Shown: piece after piece, positions 10,022 through 20,376 of the stretch
Layout of the letters: the number at the start of each line of letters is the position of its first letter
Position numbering within the stretch: the first letter of the stretch is position 1
Source of the DNA: Candidatus Thorarchaeota archaeon
Lineage (GTDB): Archaea; Asgardarchaeota; Thorarchaeia; Thorarchaeales; Thorarchaeaceae
Reading direction: 5' to 3'
NCBI GenBank assembly: GCA_004524445.1
Contig: SDNP01000005.1
Location: 37,522 to 101,521, forward strand
Length of the DNA stretch: 64,000 nt
Notes under the pieces: model-generated
Seen by the model: only the letters and a program-made list of their open reading frames with translations
What the model was told of the DNA's origin: nothing
The model's database searches: none
Translations under genes and position numbers: made by a program

Positions 10022-10720
10022 GTGCCCATTGCTGTACTCAGATTCCCGGGAACAAATAACGAACAGGACGTTATCAGATCACTAAAGGCAATTCCAAATT
10101 CGGACCCCATATTGGTGCCTAGTCGAGAAGGACCTGAGGGTCTCACGAATGTTGATGGTGTTATTATTCCGGGTGGTTTCAGCTATGGCGATTATCTTAG
10201 GGCCGGAGCCATAGCCTCAATCGAGAACATAATGGAGGGAGTAAGGAATGTCGTAGAATCTGACCGTCCAGTTCTAGGGATATGTAATGGATTTCAAATA
10301 CTAGCGGAAGCAGGACTGCTTCCTGGTGTGTTGCTCCCTAATAGCAGCTCTCACTTCATATGTAAGTGGGTGTATCTACAAGTCGCAGATCGAACTAACA
10401 TGTATACGGAGGGGCTTGAAAATGCAGTGCTTCGCATACCGATAGCACATTCAGATGGAAATTACTTCTGTAACGATGATGTATTTGGTGGACTGGTAAC
10501 TGATGGCAGAATACCATTCAGATATTGCGACAAAGACGGAAATCCAGATCAGGCTTCGAATCCAAACGGATCAGTAGGAAATATTGCTGGAGTAATAAAT
10601 GAAAGGGGGAATGTTCTAGGCCTAATGCCTCATCCAGAGAGAGCATCCAGGGAGATTCTCGGGTCTATTGATGGGAGAGCGATATTGGAGAATTTTGTAA
10701 GAGGATGTATGAAGAAATAG
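10022..10720 (+). CDS. purQ: FGAM synthase glutaminase subunit
   Basis: FPGTN, PGGFSYGDYLRAGA, GICNGFQIL, PIAHSDG, GLMPHPER. Confidence 0.96.
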   Translation: MPIAVLRFPGTNNEQDVIRSLKAIPNSDPILVPSREGPEGLTNVDGVIIPGGFSYGDYLRAGAIASIENIMEGVRNVVESDRPVLGICNGFQILAEAGLLPGVLLPNSSSHFICKWVYLQVADRTNMYTEGLENAVLRIPIAHSDGNYFCNDDVFGGLVTDGRIPFRYCDKDGNPDQASNPNGSVGNIAGVINERGNVLGLMPHPERASREILGSIDGRAILENFVRGCMKK

Positions 10721-12898
10721 GTGAACCATATGCTTTCACACGAAGAATTTGAACATGCAAAGGCAGCTCTTGGAAGAGAACCCACGAAAACAGAGCTCGC
10801 CATGCTTGATGTTCTCTGGTCTGAACATTGTTCATACAAAAGCAGCCAGAAATGGTTCCATCTATTCAAGACGGATGGTGAGAATGTCTATCTTGGAACT
10901 GGAGAAGGAGCTGGCCTCGTAGACCTAGGTGATGGTTTCCTGCTCGGAGTTGCAATGGAATCACATAATCACCCCAGTCAAATAGACCCATTTAATGGAG
11001 CTGCAACAGGAGTGGGAGGCATCATAAGAGATGTTATTTCACAGGGATGCAAAGCCATCGGTCTCATGAATTGCCTTCGTTTTGGGACATTGGAAAAGCC
11101 CCGAAATGCGTATCTCTTAGAGCACGTAGTCAGGGGAATTTCGGTATATGGGAATAGTGTAGGGATTCCTACAATCGGGGGAGAAGTACAATTCGATGAT
11201 TCTTATGACGGCAATTGTCTGGTAAATGTGGTATGTGTGGGAACAGCCAAAGCCGACCGAGTAGTTAGAAGCTCCGCAAAAACACCCGGACATAATCTTG
11301 TGCTTTTTGGCTCGACAACCGGAAGAGATGGAATTGCCGGTGTGAGCTTCGCCTCTATTGCTTTCTCTGATAACGAGGAGGAAAATAGAGCAGCAGTTCA
11401 AATTGGAGACCCATTAGCAAAGAAAGTGGTTATTGATACACTGGAGGAACTCGTATCTGAGAGATTACTAGATGGCCTTCAGGATTTCGGTGGAGGAGGG
11501 CTAACTTCAGCGGCAGGTGAGATGGCATCAAGAGGTGGAACTGGAGTCAAGATTGACATTGATAGAATTCCATTGAGAGAAGCAGGGATGGAATCTCATG
11601 AGATAGTGATTTCTGAATCGCAAGAAAGAATGCTTGCCGTGGTAGCTCCTGACAATTTGGAGAGAGTCCTAGAAATTCTCGAAAAGAATGAAACGACTCA
11701 TGCAGTAATTGGACAGGTTACAGATGACGGAATCTTCACAGTTCTTGAGGATGGCGAAGAAAGAGCAGCGTTACCCATCGAGCTCCTTGTGAAAGGATTT
11801 CCGGAACCGGATAGGTCCGTTGCAAATTTACCAACGAGAACAAGAGGCATGGCATGGCTGAAAGAACCAGACGATTACAAGGAATTTCTTCTTGAGTTCT
11901 TGGAAGACTTAAATATCTGCGACAGGTCGTGGATTTTTGAGCAGTATGACCAACATGTACAGACCAATACTGTAGTGGATATTGGTGAAAATGCTGGTGT
12001 CCTTGAGTTGCCATTAGGGAAATTAGTGGCCTTTTCCACTGACTGTAATTCGTTTTGGTCACTTCTAGATCCCCATAGTGGAGCCGCAAACTCTGCTTGT
12101 GAAACCATGAGAAATCTAGTTTGCATGGGCGCTCGTCCAATTCTAATTGCAGATTGTCTCAACTTTGGGAATCCAGAACGTCCAGAATCATATGCACAGT
12201 TCGTTGAGGCTGTCAAGGGCCTCGGGCAATTTTCACATGACTTCGATATCCCCGTTGTTGCTGGAAATGTTTCACTCTATAACGAAAGCGAGGAAAAGGG
12301 CGAAATTCATCGGATAAATCCCACCCCCCAGATTATGATGGCAGGAGTGTTCGATAATGGAATTCGTCCAATAGTCAGCAATTTGGCTATGCCATGGGCA
12401 TCACTCTATCTCATTGGCGAAACACATGGGGAACTGAACGGAAGTGCATTTCAGCATCATGTTATTGGCGAAGTCAAAGGTCTTCCTCCCAGATATCGTC
12501 CAAAGCAGGAAAAAGTGGCAATGGAAGCAGTACTCGATGCACATAGTAATTCGGTCATAAGATCATGCAATAATGTAGGGAGAGGGGGAATAGCGATTTC
12601 ATTGATGAAAATGCTATCTCGTAGCGAATATGGCTTCAAAGTGGACCTGGAGGGTACGGATGATGGACAGAAGGGTTTGTCAGAAATCCTATTCTCTGAA
12701 ACGCCTGGGCGATACATAGCAGAGGTTACTGAGAGTAATCAGGAGCAGTTCCTGGCAATAATGGATAAACACGAGGTTAGCTACTCCGAATTGGGTCTGA
12801 CTACTCCAAATCCAATTGCCGATTTTGGTGTCTTTAAGGTGCCTGTAGTTGAAGCTAGGCAAAGATATCGGAGAGGAATCAGAAAATACATGTCATAG
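10721..12898 (+). CDS. purL: FGAM synthase subunit PurL (small type)
   Basis: WSEHCSYKSS, ESHNHPS, GAATGVGGIIRD, SESQERM, CLNFGNPE, GNVSLYNE. Confidence 0.97.
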   Translation: MNHMLSHEEFEHAKAALGREPTKTELAMLDVLWSEHCSYKSSQKWFHLFKTDGENVYLGTGEGAGLVDLGDGFLLGVAMESHNHPSQIDPFNGAATGVGGIIRDVISQGCKAIGLMNCLRFGTLEKPRNAYLLEHVVRGISVYGNSVGIPTIGGEVQFDDSYDGNCLVNVVCVGTAKADRVVRSSAKTPGHNLVLFGSTTGRDGIAGVSFASIAFSDNEEENRAAVQIGDPLAKKVVIDTLEELVSERLLDGLQDFGGGGLTSAAGEMASRGGTGVKIDIDRIPLREAGMESHEIVISESQERMLAVVAPDNLERVLEILEKNETTHAVIGQVTDDGIFTVLEDGEERAALPIELLVKGFPEPDRSVANLPTRTRGMAWLKEPDDYKEFLLEFLEDLNICDRSWIFEQYDQHVQTNTVVDIGENAGVLELPLGKLVAFSTDCNSFWSLLDPHSGAANSACETMRNLVCMGARPILIADCLNFGNPERPESYAQFVEAVKGLGQFSHDFDIPVVAGNVSLYNESEEKGEIHRINPTPQIMMAGVFDNGIRPIVSNLAMPWASLYLIGETHGELNGSAFQHHVIGEVKGLPPRYRPKQEKVAMEAVLDAHSNSVIRSCNNVGRGGIAISLMKMLSRSEYGFKVDLEGTDDGQKGLSEILFSETPGRYIAEVTESNQEQFLAIMDKHEVSYSELGLTTPNPIADFGVFKVPVVEARQRYRRGIRKYMS

Positions 12899-12899
12899 G

Positions 12900-14342
12900 A
12901 TGAGAAGGATGCTGGATGTACTCATTGTTTCGGGAAGCAAGAGCGATAACGAGATTGTCAAGAAAGTAACTGATACTCTCACAGACCTGGGCATTAAATA
13001 TGTTGCAGAAGTTGCCTCAGCTCATCGAGAACCTGAAAAAGTAAGGAAAATTGTGAAAAGCACAGGTGCTAGTGTTATCATTGCAATAGCGGGCTTGTCG
13101 GCAGCCTTGCCCGGCTTCATAGCCTCTCTTACACCTGCGCCTGTTATAGGAGTACCTGTATCAGCTGCACTTGGGGGTCTGGATTCCCTATTATCAATAG
13201 CTCAAATGCCAAAGGGGGTTCCTGTAGCTACCGTTGGCATAGATAATGGACAAAACGCAGCACATCTTGCAGCTCGAATTCTGAGAGCAGGAGGCGAATA
13301 CACGCGTATCCCCCGCACCTATGCAGAGGCAGGAGTGGATGAGAAGGCGATTGAAGAGAGCCTCAAAATTATGGGGGATTATGTTAGAGAATCGTTTCAA
13401 GGCAGTCTTGTCGGTCATGATTATGGACACTTCGCAAATACTGTCCAAATCAATGATGATATTTGTCTAGGTATGTCTACTGACGGCGTAGGGAGCAAAG
13501 TATTGATTGCTCAGCTAGCAGAGAAGTTTGATACAATTGGAATCGATTGCGTGGCCATGAATGTTAATGACTTGATTTGCATAGGGCTTGATCCGATTGC
13601 ATTCGTGGATTACCTTGCACTCCATAGCACCTTGCCGGCACCGATTATGGAACAAATTGGTGAAGGCCTCTTAAAGGGCTGTCAGCAATGCGGAATACCA
13701 ATTCTTGGTGGCGAAACCGCACTATTGCCTGATATAATAAGAGCCGCTCAAGGAGTCGGTATGGATTTGGCAGGCACAGCAGTGGGAATATCACATCCGC
13801 ATGAACTGATTGATGGTTCAGCAATAATGGTAGGAGATGCGATTCTTGGGATTCAATCCAGTGGATTGCATTCAAACGGTTTTACGCTGGCAAGAAAGGT
13901 AATACTCACTGAGTATCGAATGAATCAGCTTCTCCCTTGGGGAGAACGGGTTGATAATGAACTACTTAGACCAACGAAGATATACGTGAATCATATTCGA
14001 TCATTGAAGGAAAATGGGATAGACCTACGCGGAATAGCTCATATAACTGGAAATGCGTTCAAGAAACTGCTTAGACTGGGTAAGCACCGCTTCAGAATTC
14101 AGAGGCTACCTGATATCCCCCCCATTTTTTCTCTCATCCAGAGGATTGGTGACATTAGTAACAGTGAGATGTTTTCAACCTTCAATATGGGTATAGGAAT
14201 GGTAGTTGTGGTTCCAGATGATGAGAAGGACAACGCTCTTGAAATACTGAGAAAGCATGATGAAACTACCGCAATCGGAGTCGTTGAAGAATCAGTACAG
14301 GGTGTCGTAGATATAGAGCCATTTGGGGTGACTCTAGAATGA
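12900..14342 (+). CDS. purM: PurE (AIR carboxylase family) fused to PurM (AIR synthetase)
   Basis: PurE: GSKSD, SAHR, AGLSAALPG, PVIGVP, QMPKGVPVATV. Without a stop it continues into PurM: YAEAGVD, STDGVGSK, AMNVND, GGETA, SSGLHSNG, TFNMGIG. Start is ATG 12900 or 12909. Confidence 0.93.
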   Translation: MRRMLDVLIVSGSKSDNEIVKKVTDTLTDLGIKYVAEVASAHREPEKVRKIVKSTGASVIIAIAGLSAALPGFIASLTPAPVIGVPVSAALGGLDSLLSIAQMPKGVPVATVGIDNGQNAAHLAARILRAGGEYTRIPRTYAEAGVDEKAIEESLKIMGDYVRESFQGSLVGHDYGHFANTVQINDDICLGMSTDGVGSKVLIAQLAEKFDTIGIDCVAMNVNDLICIGLDPIAFVDYLALHSTLPAPIMEQIGEGLLKGCQQCGIPILGGETALLPDIIRAAQGVGMDLAGTAVGISHPHELIDGSAIMVGDAILGIQSSGLHSNGFTLARKVILTEYRMNQLLPWGERVDNELLRPTKIYVNHIRSLKENGIDLRGIAHITGNAFKKLLRLGKHRFRIQRLPDIPPIFSLIQRIGDISNSEMFSTFNMGIGMVVVVPDDEKDNALEILRKHDETTAIGVVEESVQGVVDIEPFGVTLE

Positions 14343-15595
14343 CCACAGTGCTCTTGGTTGGAAGTGGCGCACGAGAGCATGCCATTGCATTGGCACTATC
14401 ACGCAGCGGAGTTGATATTCGAGCACATATGCACCGCAACAATCCAGGAATTGCCTCCTTGGCTGCGAAGACAACTATTGGCGATATTACCGATTATAGA
14501 AGCCTGAGCGATATTTCCGGGGTTGATTATGCAATAATAGGTCCTGAGTCTCCAATCGAACGAGGGCTAGCTAATTATTTGGAACGACATGATGTTCCCT
14601 GTGTGGCGCCGCGTCAAGAAGCAGCGCGAATCGAAACCAGCAAGTCATTTGCACGCAGAGTCTTGGATAAAGTAGCATCTGACGCGAATCCTAGATACAA
14701 GATCGTCAACAGCATTGATGAGATGAGAGAATTCGAAAGGGAGCTGAATCTCGAAGACTTAGTTGTAAAGCCAGATGGGTTAACTGGCGGGAAAGGAGTC
14801 AAGATATATAGCGAGCACTTCTCCTCACGCGACCAATTAGAGGATTATGCAATAACACATCTCAAACAAAGAGGCGTTGTCTTATTAGAAGAACGACTAG
14901 AAGGAACAGAGTTTACTGTTCAGTGTTTTGTGGATGGGAATAAGCTTGAACCAATGCCGCTTGTTAGAGATTACAAGAGAGCATATGACTCAGATAGTGG
15001 ATCCAATACGGGTTCCATGGGCGCATACTCTTGTCCAGACCATGGCCTGAATTTTGTTTCTGGAAACGACATGGCAAAAGCATTGGAAATCATGAAATCT
15101 ACAGTCGAAGGCGTAAGAAAACAGACTACCTATAAATACAAAGGAATTCTCTATGGTCAATTTATGAAGACAAATGGCGGGTTAAAGGTGATTGAATTCA
15201 ACGCACGGTTTGGAGACCCAGAGGCAATCAATGTGTTGTCAATCCTAGACTGTTCATTAGATGAAATCTGCCAAGGCATAATTCTAGGCGATGTTCCCGA
15301 ACCCCAGTTCCTGAACAAAGCAACAGTGTGCGTATATGTTGTTCCAGACGGGTACCCAGGTCCCTCGGCAACATCAGATTCGCCCATCACTATAGGTGAT
15401 GAAATTTCAAGCATATTGCATTATGCGTCCGTGTATGAGGAGCAAGGCAAGGTCTTCACAACCAGCAGTCGATCTCTGGCGGTATGCGGTGTTGGGGATA
15501 CAATAAGTGAGGCAAGACAAATGGCATATAATGACATCAGAAAAGTTAGTGGGAATATTCGTTATCGGTCAGATATTGCTCAAGGTGTAGAATAG
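14339..15595 (+). CDS. purD: phosphoribosylamine-glycine ligase
   Basis: GSGAREHA, GPE, ETSKSF, VVKPDGLTGGKGV, NTGSMGAYS, IEFNARFGDPE, YRSDIA. Confidence 0.96.
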   Translation: MTTVLLVGSGAREHAIALALSRSGVDIRAHMHRNNPGIASLAAKTTIGDITDYRSLSDISGVDYAIIGPESPIERGLANYLERHDVPCVAPRQEAARIETSKSFARRVLDKVASDANPRYKIVNSIDEMREFERELNLEDLVVKPDGLTGGKGVKIYSEHFSSRDQLEDYAITHLKQRGVVLLEERLEGTEFTVQCFVDGNKLEPMPLVRDYKRAYDSDSGSNTGSMGAYSCPDHGLNFVSGNDMAKALEIMKSTVEGVRKQTTYKYKGILYGQFMKTNGGLKVIEFNARFGDPEAINVLSILDCSLDEICQGIILGDVPEPQFLNKATVCVYVVPDGYPGPSATSDSPITIGDEISSILHYASVYEEQGKVFTTSSRSLAVCGVGDTISEARQMAYNDIRKVSGNIRYRSDIAQGVE

Positions 15596-15672
15596 AAAGG
15601 ACGTCAAAGATCACAGTTGGTAGAATTAGAGGTAATGCTTAGCCAAATTTGCATCAAAGGGGAAAAGATGGA

Positions 15673-17232
15673 ATGAATCAGGAACGTATCCTCATTGTCG
15701 ATTATGGAGGACAGTATACACATCTTATCTCGAGACGCTGCAGAGAATTAGGAGTTTATGCCGAAATCGTACCACAAAATGCGGTTTTCAAGGAGTCTCT
15801 ATTAGGTGGCGTAAGGGGAGTGATACTCTCAGGTGGACCTCGTACAGTGAGCGAGTCGGATCTGAGCGAGCCATTTGACACGAACCAAGAAACTCTCAGA
15901 GAACAGGGTATCGGTGTCTTGGGAATCTGTTTTGGACATCAGCTCCTAGCGAAGAAATTAGGGGCAAATATTGATGAGGGGGAAAATCCCGAGTACGGAC
16001 AAACGGAGATTACTCTCAGCGGAAATCCTTCCATTTTACATGGTCTCGAAAAAGCACAGCATGTCTGGATGAGTCATAGTGACCAGGTGTCAAACCCCCC
16101 AGATACAATGCAAGTTCTTGCGACAAGTAATGAAGGCCATGTCGCTGCTTTTGCTTCATCTGATAGTAGAGTCTTTGGCGTTCAATTTCATCCCGAAGTA
16201 GCACATACCCCGAATGGTATGACAGTGCTTGATGCATTTCTAAGAGATGTTTGTGGCTATCAGCACAAATGGATGCCAGAAGACCAGATACAGGAAATAA
16301 CCAAACAGCTAACTGAAGAAATCGGGAAAGAGAAAGTCATCATGGGTACATCCGGAGGTGTAGATTCCACAGTTGCGGCAGTTTTACTTCAGCACGCAAT
16401 TGGAAACCGGCTATTCTGTGTCTTTGTAGATAACGGTCTTCTGAGATTCGGAGAAAGAGAAGAAGTTGAAAGCGCGTTTCAGTCAATGGGTTTTGAGAAC
16501 TTCATCACAGTCGATGCTGCAGATGAATTTCTGAAGAATCTTGATGGAATAATTGACCCAGAGGAAAAAAGACGAATTATAGCGGACACATTCATAGAGG
16601 TATTTGAGCGAACAGCAGAACAATTGCGGGAAGAATATGGCGATTTCGCCTTCTTGGGTCAAGGTACGATTTATCCAGATAGAGTAGAGAGTGCGGCCAC
16701 TGGCTCAGCTACTGCTGTGATAAAGAGTCATCACAATGTGAAACTTCCAGATTGGATACGTCTTTCCGTTGTAGAACCCCTGAAGCATTTCTATAAGGAT
16801 GAAGTCAGAGCTGTAGGTGAAGAACTTGGGATTCCCAGTGAAATGATATCTCGCCAACCTTTCCCAGGACCATCGTTGGCAATCAGAATTGGAGGTCCAG
16901 TTACTAAGAACCAGCTTACAATCCTAAGGCAGGCTGATAGAATCCTTCAGGAGGAAGTTAGAAGAGATTCCATTTATCCGAGAATATGGCAGTCGTTCTG
17001 CGTTCTAATACCAATACGGTCTGTGGGCGTGATGGGGGATGAAAGAACATATGACCAAGCAGTTGTATTGAGAATTGTAGAAAGCCGAGATGCTATGACC
17101 GCGTCTGTATCCCGACCAAACTGGGATAATCTGCTTAGAATTGCATCGAGGATTGCCAACGAAGTTGAGGGGGTAAATCGAGTTGTATACGATATAACCT
17201 CAAAACCGCCCGGAACAATCGAGTGGTATTAG
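15673..17232 (+). CDS. guaA: GMP synthase (glutamine-hydrolysing), single-chain
   Basis: DYGGQY, GICFGHQ, QFHPEV, SGGVDS, QGTIYPDRVES, KSHHNV, PFPGP, DITSKPPGTIEW. Confidence 0.97.
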   Translation: MNQERILIVDYGGQYTHLISRRCRELGVYAEIVPQNAVFKESLLGGVRGVILSGGPRTVSESDLSEPFDTNQETLREQGIGVLGICFGHQLLAKKLGANIDEGENPEYGQTEITLSGNPSILHGLEKAQHVWMSHSDQVSNPPDTMQVLATSNEGHVAAFASSDSRVFGVQFHPEVAHTPNGMTVLDAFLRDVCGYQHKWMPEDQIQEITKQLTEEIGKEKVIMGTSGGVDSTVAAVLLQHAIGNRLFCVFVDNGLLRFGEREEVESAFQSMGFENFITVDAADEFLKNLDGIIDPEEKRRIIADTFIEVFERTAEQLREEYGDFAFLGQGTIYPDRVESAATGSATAVIKSHHNVKLPDWIRLSVVEPLKHFYKDEVRAVGEELGIPSEMISRQPFPGPSLAIRIGGPVTKNQLTILRQADRILQEEVRRDSIYPRIWQSFCVLIPIRSVGVMGDERTYDQAVVLRIVESRDAMTASVSRPNWDNLLRIASRIANEVEGVNRVVYDITSKPPGTIEWY

Positions 17233-17319
17233 CTTGCTTAGCGTGCACTAATATGCGCATGCACATTTCTGCCTTTCCATAGAATACAAATAGACATCTA
17301 CAAAAAGAAACTCACCACC

Positions 17320-18468
17320 ATGAGTGCAAGATTGGCCTATCCCTATAGTGATGCCTTACTTCAGTATGAGTTCAAGAAATCCCATCCTCTCAAACCCGAA
17401 CGACTCGCATTCACATATGAATTATCTAAGATACTTGGTCTAGTTGACCACGTAGATGTGATTGAACCATCAATAGCAACCAGAGAAGAACTTGAACTCT
17501 TTCATAGTCCAGACTATATAGACGCTGTACTGGCATGTGAGCAGAATATGTGTACTGACATCCGACATGGATTGGGAACCTCGGATAATCCTATTTTTCC
17601 GAAAATCTATGAGGCATCAGCAAGGTATGTAGGGGCAACTATTGATGGGATGAAAAGAATTCTTGAAGGAGCGTCAAACGCATTTGTCATTTCGGGGGGC
17701 CTCCATCATGCACAAAGAACAGAAGCATCAGGATTCTGTGTGTTTAATGATGTCGCAATTGCAATCAAGATGCTCCAGAAGAAACGGAAGAGCAAAGTCC
17801 TCTATGTCGATATTGATGCTCATCATGGAGATGGCGTGCAGAACGCATTCTATAGGTCAAAGGAAGTTCTCACAATTTCCATGCACCAATCCGGAAAAAC
17901 GCTCTTCCCGGGTACAGGTCATGTGTTCGAAAAAGGGGGTGGAGAGGGGATTGGCTACTCTGTAAATGTCCCAGTTATTCCAGGGGCATCCAGCGCTGAA
18001 ATGATTGATGTCCTGAACGAAATCATTGTTCCGCTGTTTGAGTCTTTCTCGCCTGACCTATTAGTAACGCAACTAGGTGTAGATGGTCATTTTCTGGATC
18101 CATTAGCCCATCTTTCATATTCTAGCCATGGGTACGAGAGAGTGATATCGAAGCTAAGGAACATGGCAGCTGATATCTGTAGTCTAGGATGGTTGGCAGT
18201 TGGCGGAGGGGGTTATGACCCAGTAAATGTTGCACGTCTATGGTCGTTGTTTCTAGCTGTAATGCTTGATGAAGATATCCCACAAAGATTGCCTGAGGAA
18301 TTCAAGACGCTCTGCAATGATGCTGGGTATACAAGATTCCCTGAAGGAATGCGTGATGAATCAGAAGTTGTTCAGCAGTATTTTTCACGTGATGATGTGG
18401 CACTAGATTTAGAGCGTTCAATCAGAAGGGTGAAGGAACTGATATTCCCCTATCATGGCTTGGCCTAG
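17320..18468 (+). CDS. acuC: histone deacetylase / acetoin utilisation AcuC family Zn deacetylase
   Basis: HPLKPER, GGLHHA, SGFCVFND, DIDAHHGDG, FPGTG, QLGVDGH..DPL, GGGGY. Confidence 0.9.
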   Translation: MSARLAYPYSDALLQYEFKKSHPLKPERLAFTYELSKILGLVDHVDVIEPSIATREELELFHSPDYIDAVLACEQNMCTDIRHGLGTSDNPIFPKIYEASARYVGATIDGMKRILEGASNAFVISGGLHHAQRTEASGFCVFNDVAIAIKMLQKKRKSKVLYVDIDAHHGDGVQNAFYRSKEVLTISMHQSGKTLFPGTGHVFEKGGGEGIGYSVNVPVIPGASSAEMIDVLNEIIVPLFESFSPDLLVTQLGVDGHFLDPLAHLSYSSHGYERVISKLRNMAADICSLGWLAVGGGGYDPVNVARLWSLFLAVMLDEDIPQRLPEEFKTLCNDAGYTRFPEGMRDESEVVQQYFSRDDVALDLERSIRRVKELIFPYHGLA

Positions 18469-19010
18469 ATCGTTTCGGAGTCATTCTCCAAACGCAAATC
18501 TATCCATTTCCTAACCATTTTTGTTACAAGTTCGGAAGCGGCGGCCATTACGATTTTGTCTGCATCCTCTGAAAGAAGTGATGTGGGGTCAACACCCGAC
18601 CGCGCAATCCTCAACAATGATGGGTAACAAAGGAAACCAAGTCCTTGAATAATCTCCTGAGAATCCTCACCATGAATGTCGATTTCTTTACCCAAAGCTT
18701 CAGCCGGGTCTCTCTTCGAATCAGCATCAAGTAAGTCTTCAAGAACCGCCCTTGAACCGGTTATTGTAACATCTGGCTCTATGCATTCATCAAATACATC
18801 TGCCTCACTTGAATAAAAAACGAGAGAAACTTCTTCTCCATCATCCGTGATGAAGCATATTGTGATATCAACATATGACGGGTCAGTGCTCTGCATATAG
18901 TTGTCGAAATCCTCCTCAGTCAATTTATGGAGCCGCCTTGCCTTCTCCAAACTGACTTTCAATGCCGCCCGGCTACCATCGACTACAGGCCCTAGGTATT
19001 CCATAAGCAT
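18465..19010 (-). CDS. hypothetical protein with possible SCP2 (sterol carrier)-like domain
   Basis: PDVTITGSRAVLEDLLD...DPAEALGKEIDIHG resembles the SCP2 C-terminal pattern; start moved to ATG 19010 because the longer ORF abuts the divergent gene. Confidence 0.6.
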   Translation of the reverse strand: MLMEYLGPVVDGSRAALKVSLEKARRLHKLTEEDFDNYMQSTDPSYVDITICFITDDGEEVSLVFYSSEADVFDECIEPDVTITGSRAVLEDLLDADSKRDPAEALGKEIDIHGEDSQEIIQGLGFLCYPSLLRIARSGVDPTSLLSEDADKIVMAAASELVTKMVRKWIDLRLENDSETI

Positions 19011-19192
19011 GTACTCGTTGTCGTTTATGCCATTTGCGAGTGTATTCAAGAGTTGTGCTAGATACTTCTTTCTTGGTTCATTCAAGGCAATCACTATAAA
19101 TTGCGCCAGTTTGCTTTTAGAGATACTGCCAACAACATGAAACAGCAAAGAAAGAAAAGCACGAACTGCATCATAATGGATAGTGTCTTTCA

Positions 19193-19945
19193 ATGACTAC
19201 CGATATTCATACTGTTCTTGGGTCAAATCGAATGACGACTAAACAGGTAGATGAAATGAATTTGGCTCGTCATACCGATGTATTAGTAGATAGAATGGAT
19301 ACATTTGGTATTGACAGGGCTCTTTTGACCCCAATTGACCCAAATCAGGGCAATGAACTTTATCTAACTGCTGCTGATATCTATCCGGATAGGCTATTTT
19401 CCGCTTGTACTCTTATTCCCAGGCCTATTGAAACAGCAAGAGTGAAACTAAGAAGCTATGTAGACAGAGGATGCCTTGCATTGGTTTTAGATGAAGACCT
19501 CTATTATCCTGATGATCCAGCAACCCACGCACTCCTTCGTACAGCTATTCAGGAGGATTTGGTGATATATTTCAGGTCCTGCAAGTTGGCTGAAACAAGG
19601 AGTTTCATCGAAAGTTCTGCTAACGTATACCCTGAAGCAAAATTTGTGATACTAGAGATGGGTGGACTCTTTGGATTCCCTAATCTTATTCCTTTGCTTT
19701 CAAAACCAAATATATGGTTAGAAACATCGATCACTCTGGTAAAACTTGTGGAATCTCCGCTTCGTGTTTTTTTGGATGCATTGATTCAGGACATGGGAGT
19801 GAACAAACTGGTTCTAGGGTCCGGCCACCATACAGAATACCCCGATATGCAGGCGGCTTTGAACATGATGGACCTAAATTATGAACAGAACAGAATTCTC
19901 ACCAAGGAGAATGCATGGGTAATATTAGGTTTGAGATTTTCATAA
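19193..19945 (+). CDS. amidohydrolase-family (Amidohydro_2) protein with degenerate metal ligands
   Basis: TDIHT, MDTFGIDRA, YPDRL, FVILEMGG, NIWLETS, KLVLGS; several canonical His/Asp are replaced. Confidence 0.75.
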   Translation: MTTDIHTVLGSNRMTTKQVDEMNLARHTDVLVDRMDTFGIDRALLTPIDPNQGNELYLTAADIYPDRLFSACTLIPRPIETARVKLRSYVDRGCLALVLDEDLYYPDDPATHALLRTAIQEDLVIYFRSCKLAETRSFIESSANVYPEAKFVILEMGGLFGFPNLIPLLSKPNIWLETSITLVKLVESPLRVFLDALIQDMGVNKLVLGSGHHTEYPDMQAALNMMDLNYEQNRILTKENAWVILGLRFS

Positions 19946-19955
19946 TATGTACCAA

Positions 19956-20303
19956 TCAGCTAAGGTCCAATATTGCTTTGTGAATGTGTTGTTCAAGTTC
20001 ATCTTCTCTTGGAATCCCGATTATTCTTGTTGCACCGATGATAGTGGTTGGAAGCGCCATGATTCTTTTTTCCTCTAGTATGCTGGGCTTATCATCGATA
20101 TTGACTTCAATGACATGAAGGTGCAGTCCATCCATGGATGACTTCTCGGCTGCCTGCCTAGCTACATGCAAAGCCTGCTCGCAGAATAGACACTGATTAC
20201 TTGTATAAACTGTCACATCAGTGGATGCTTCCATATTGACATTAGATCCATAAGTACCGCTAGTCTTGTTTTCGGTATATCTTTCCATGTGCATCTTCTT
20301 CAT
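19956..20303 (-). CDS. thioredoxin-fold protein (CxxC), KaiB-like
   Basis: VTVYTSNQCLFC...EVNIDDKP..LEEKRIMALPT..IG; true start may be ATG 20234. Confidence 0.75.
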   Translation of the reverse strand: MKKMHMERYTENKTSGTYGSNVNMEASTDVTVYTSNQCLFCEQALHVARQAAEKSSMDGLHLHVIEVNIDDKPSILEEKRIMALPTTIIGATRIIGIPREDELEQHIHKAILDLS

Positions 20304-20376
20304 TCCTCTTTGTTGTCAGGTCTCTTTGAAGGCAGGACAATGTGACGAAGCAATTCAGGGTTCATTTGCGAGTGCG

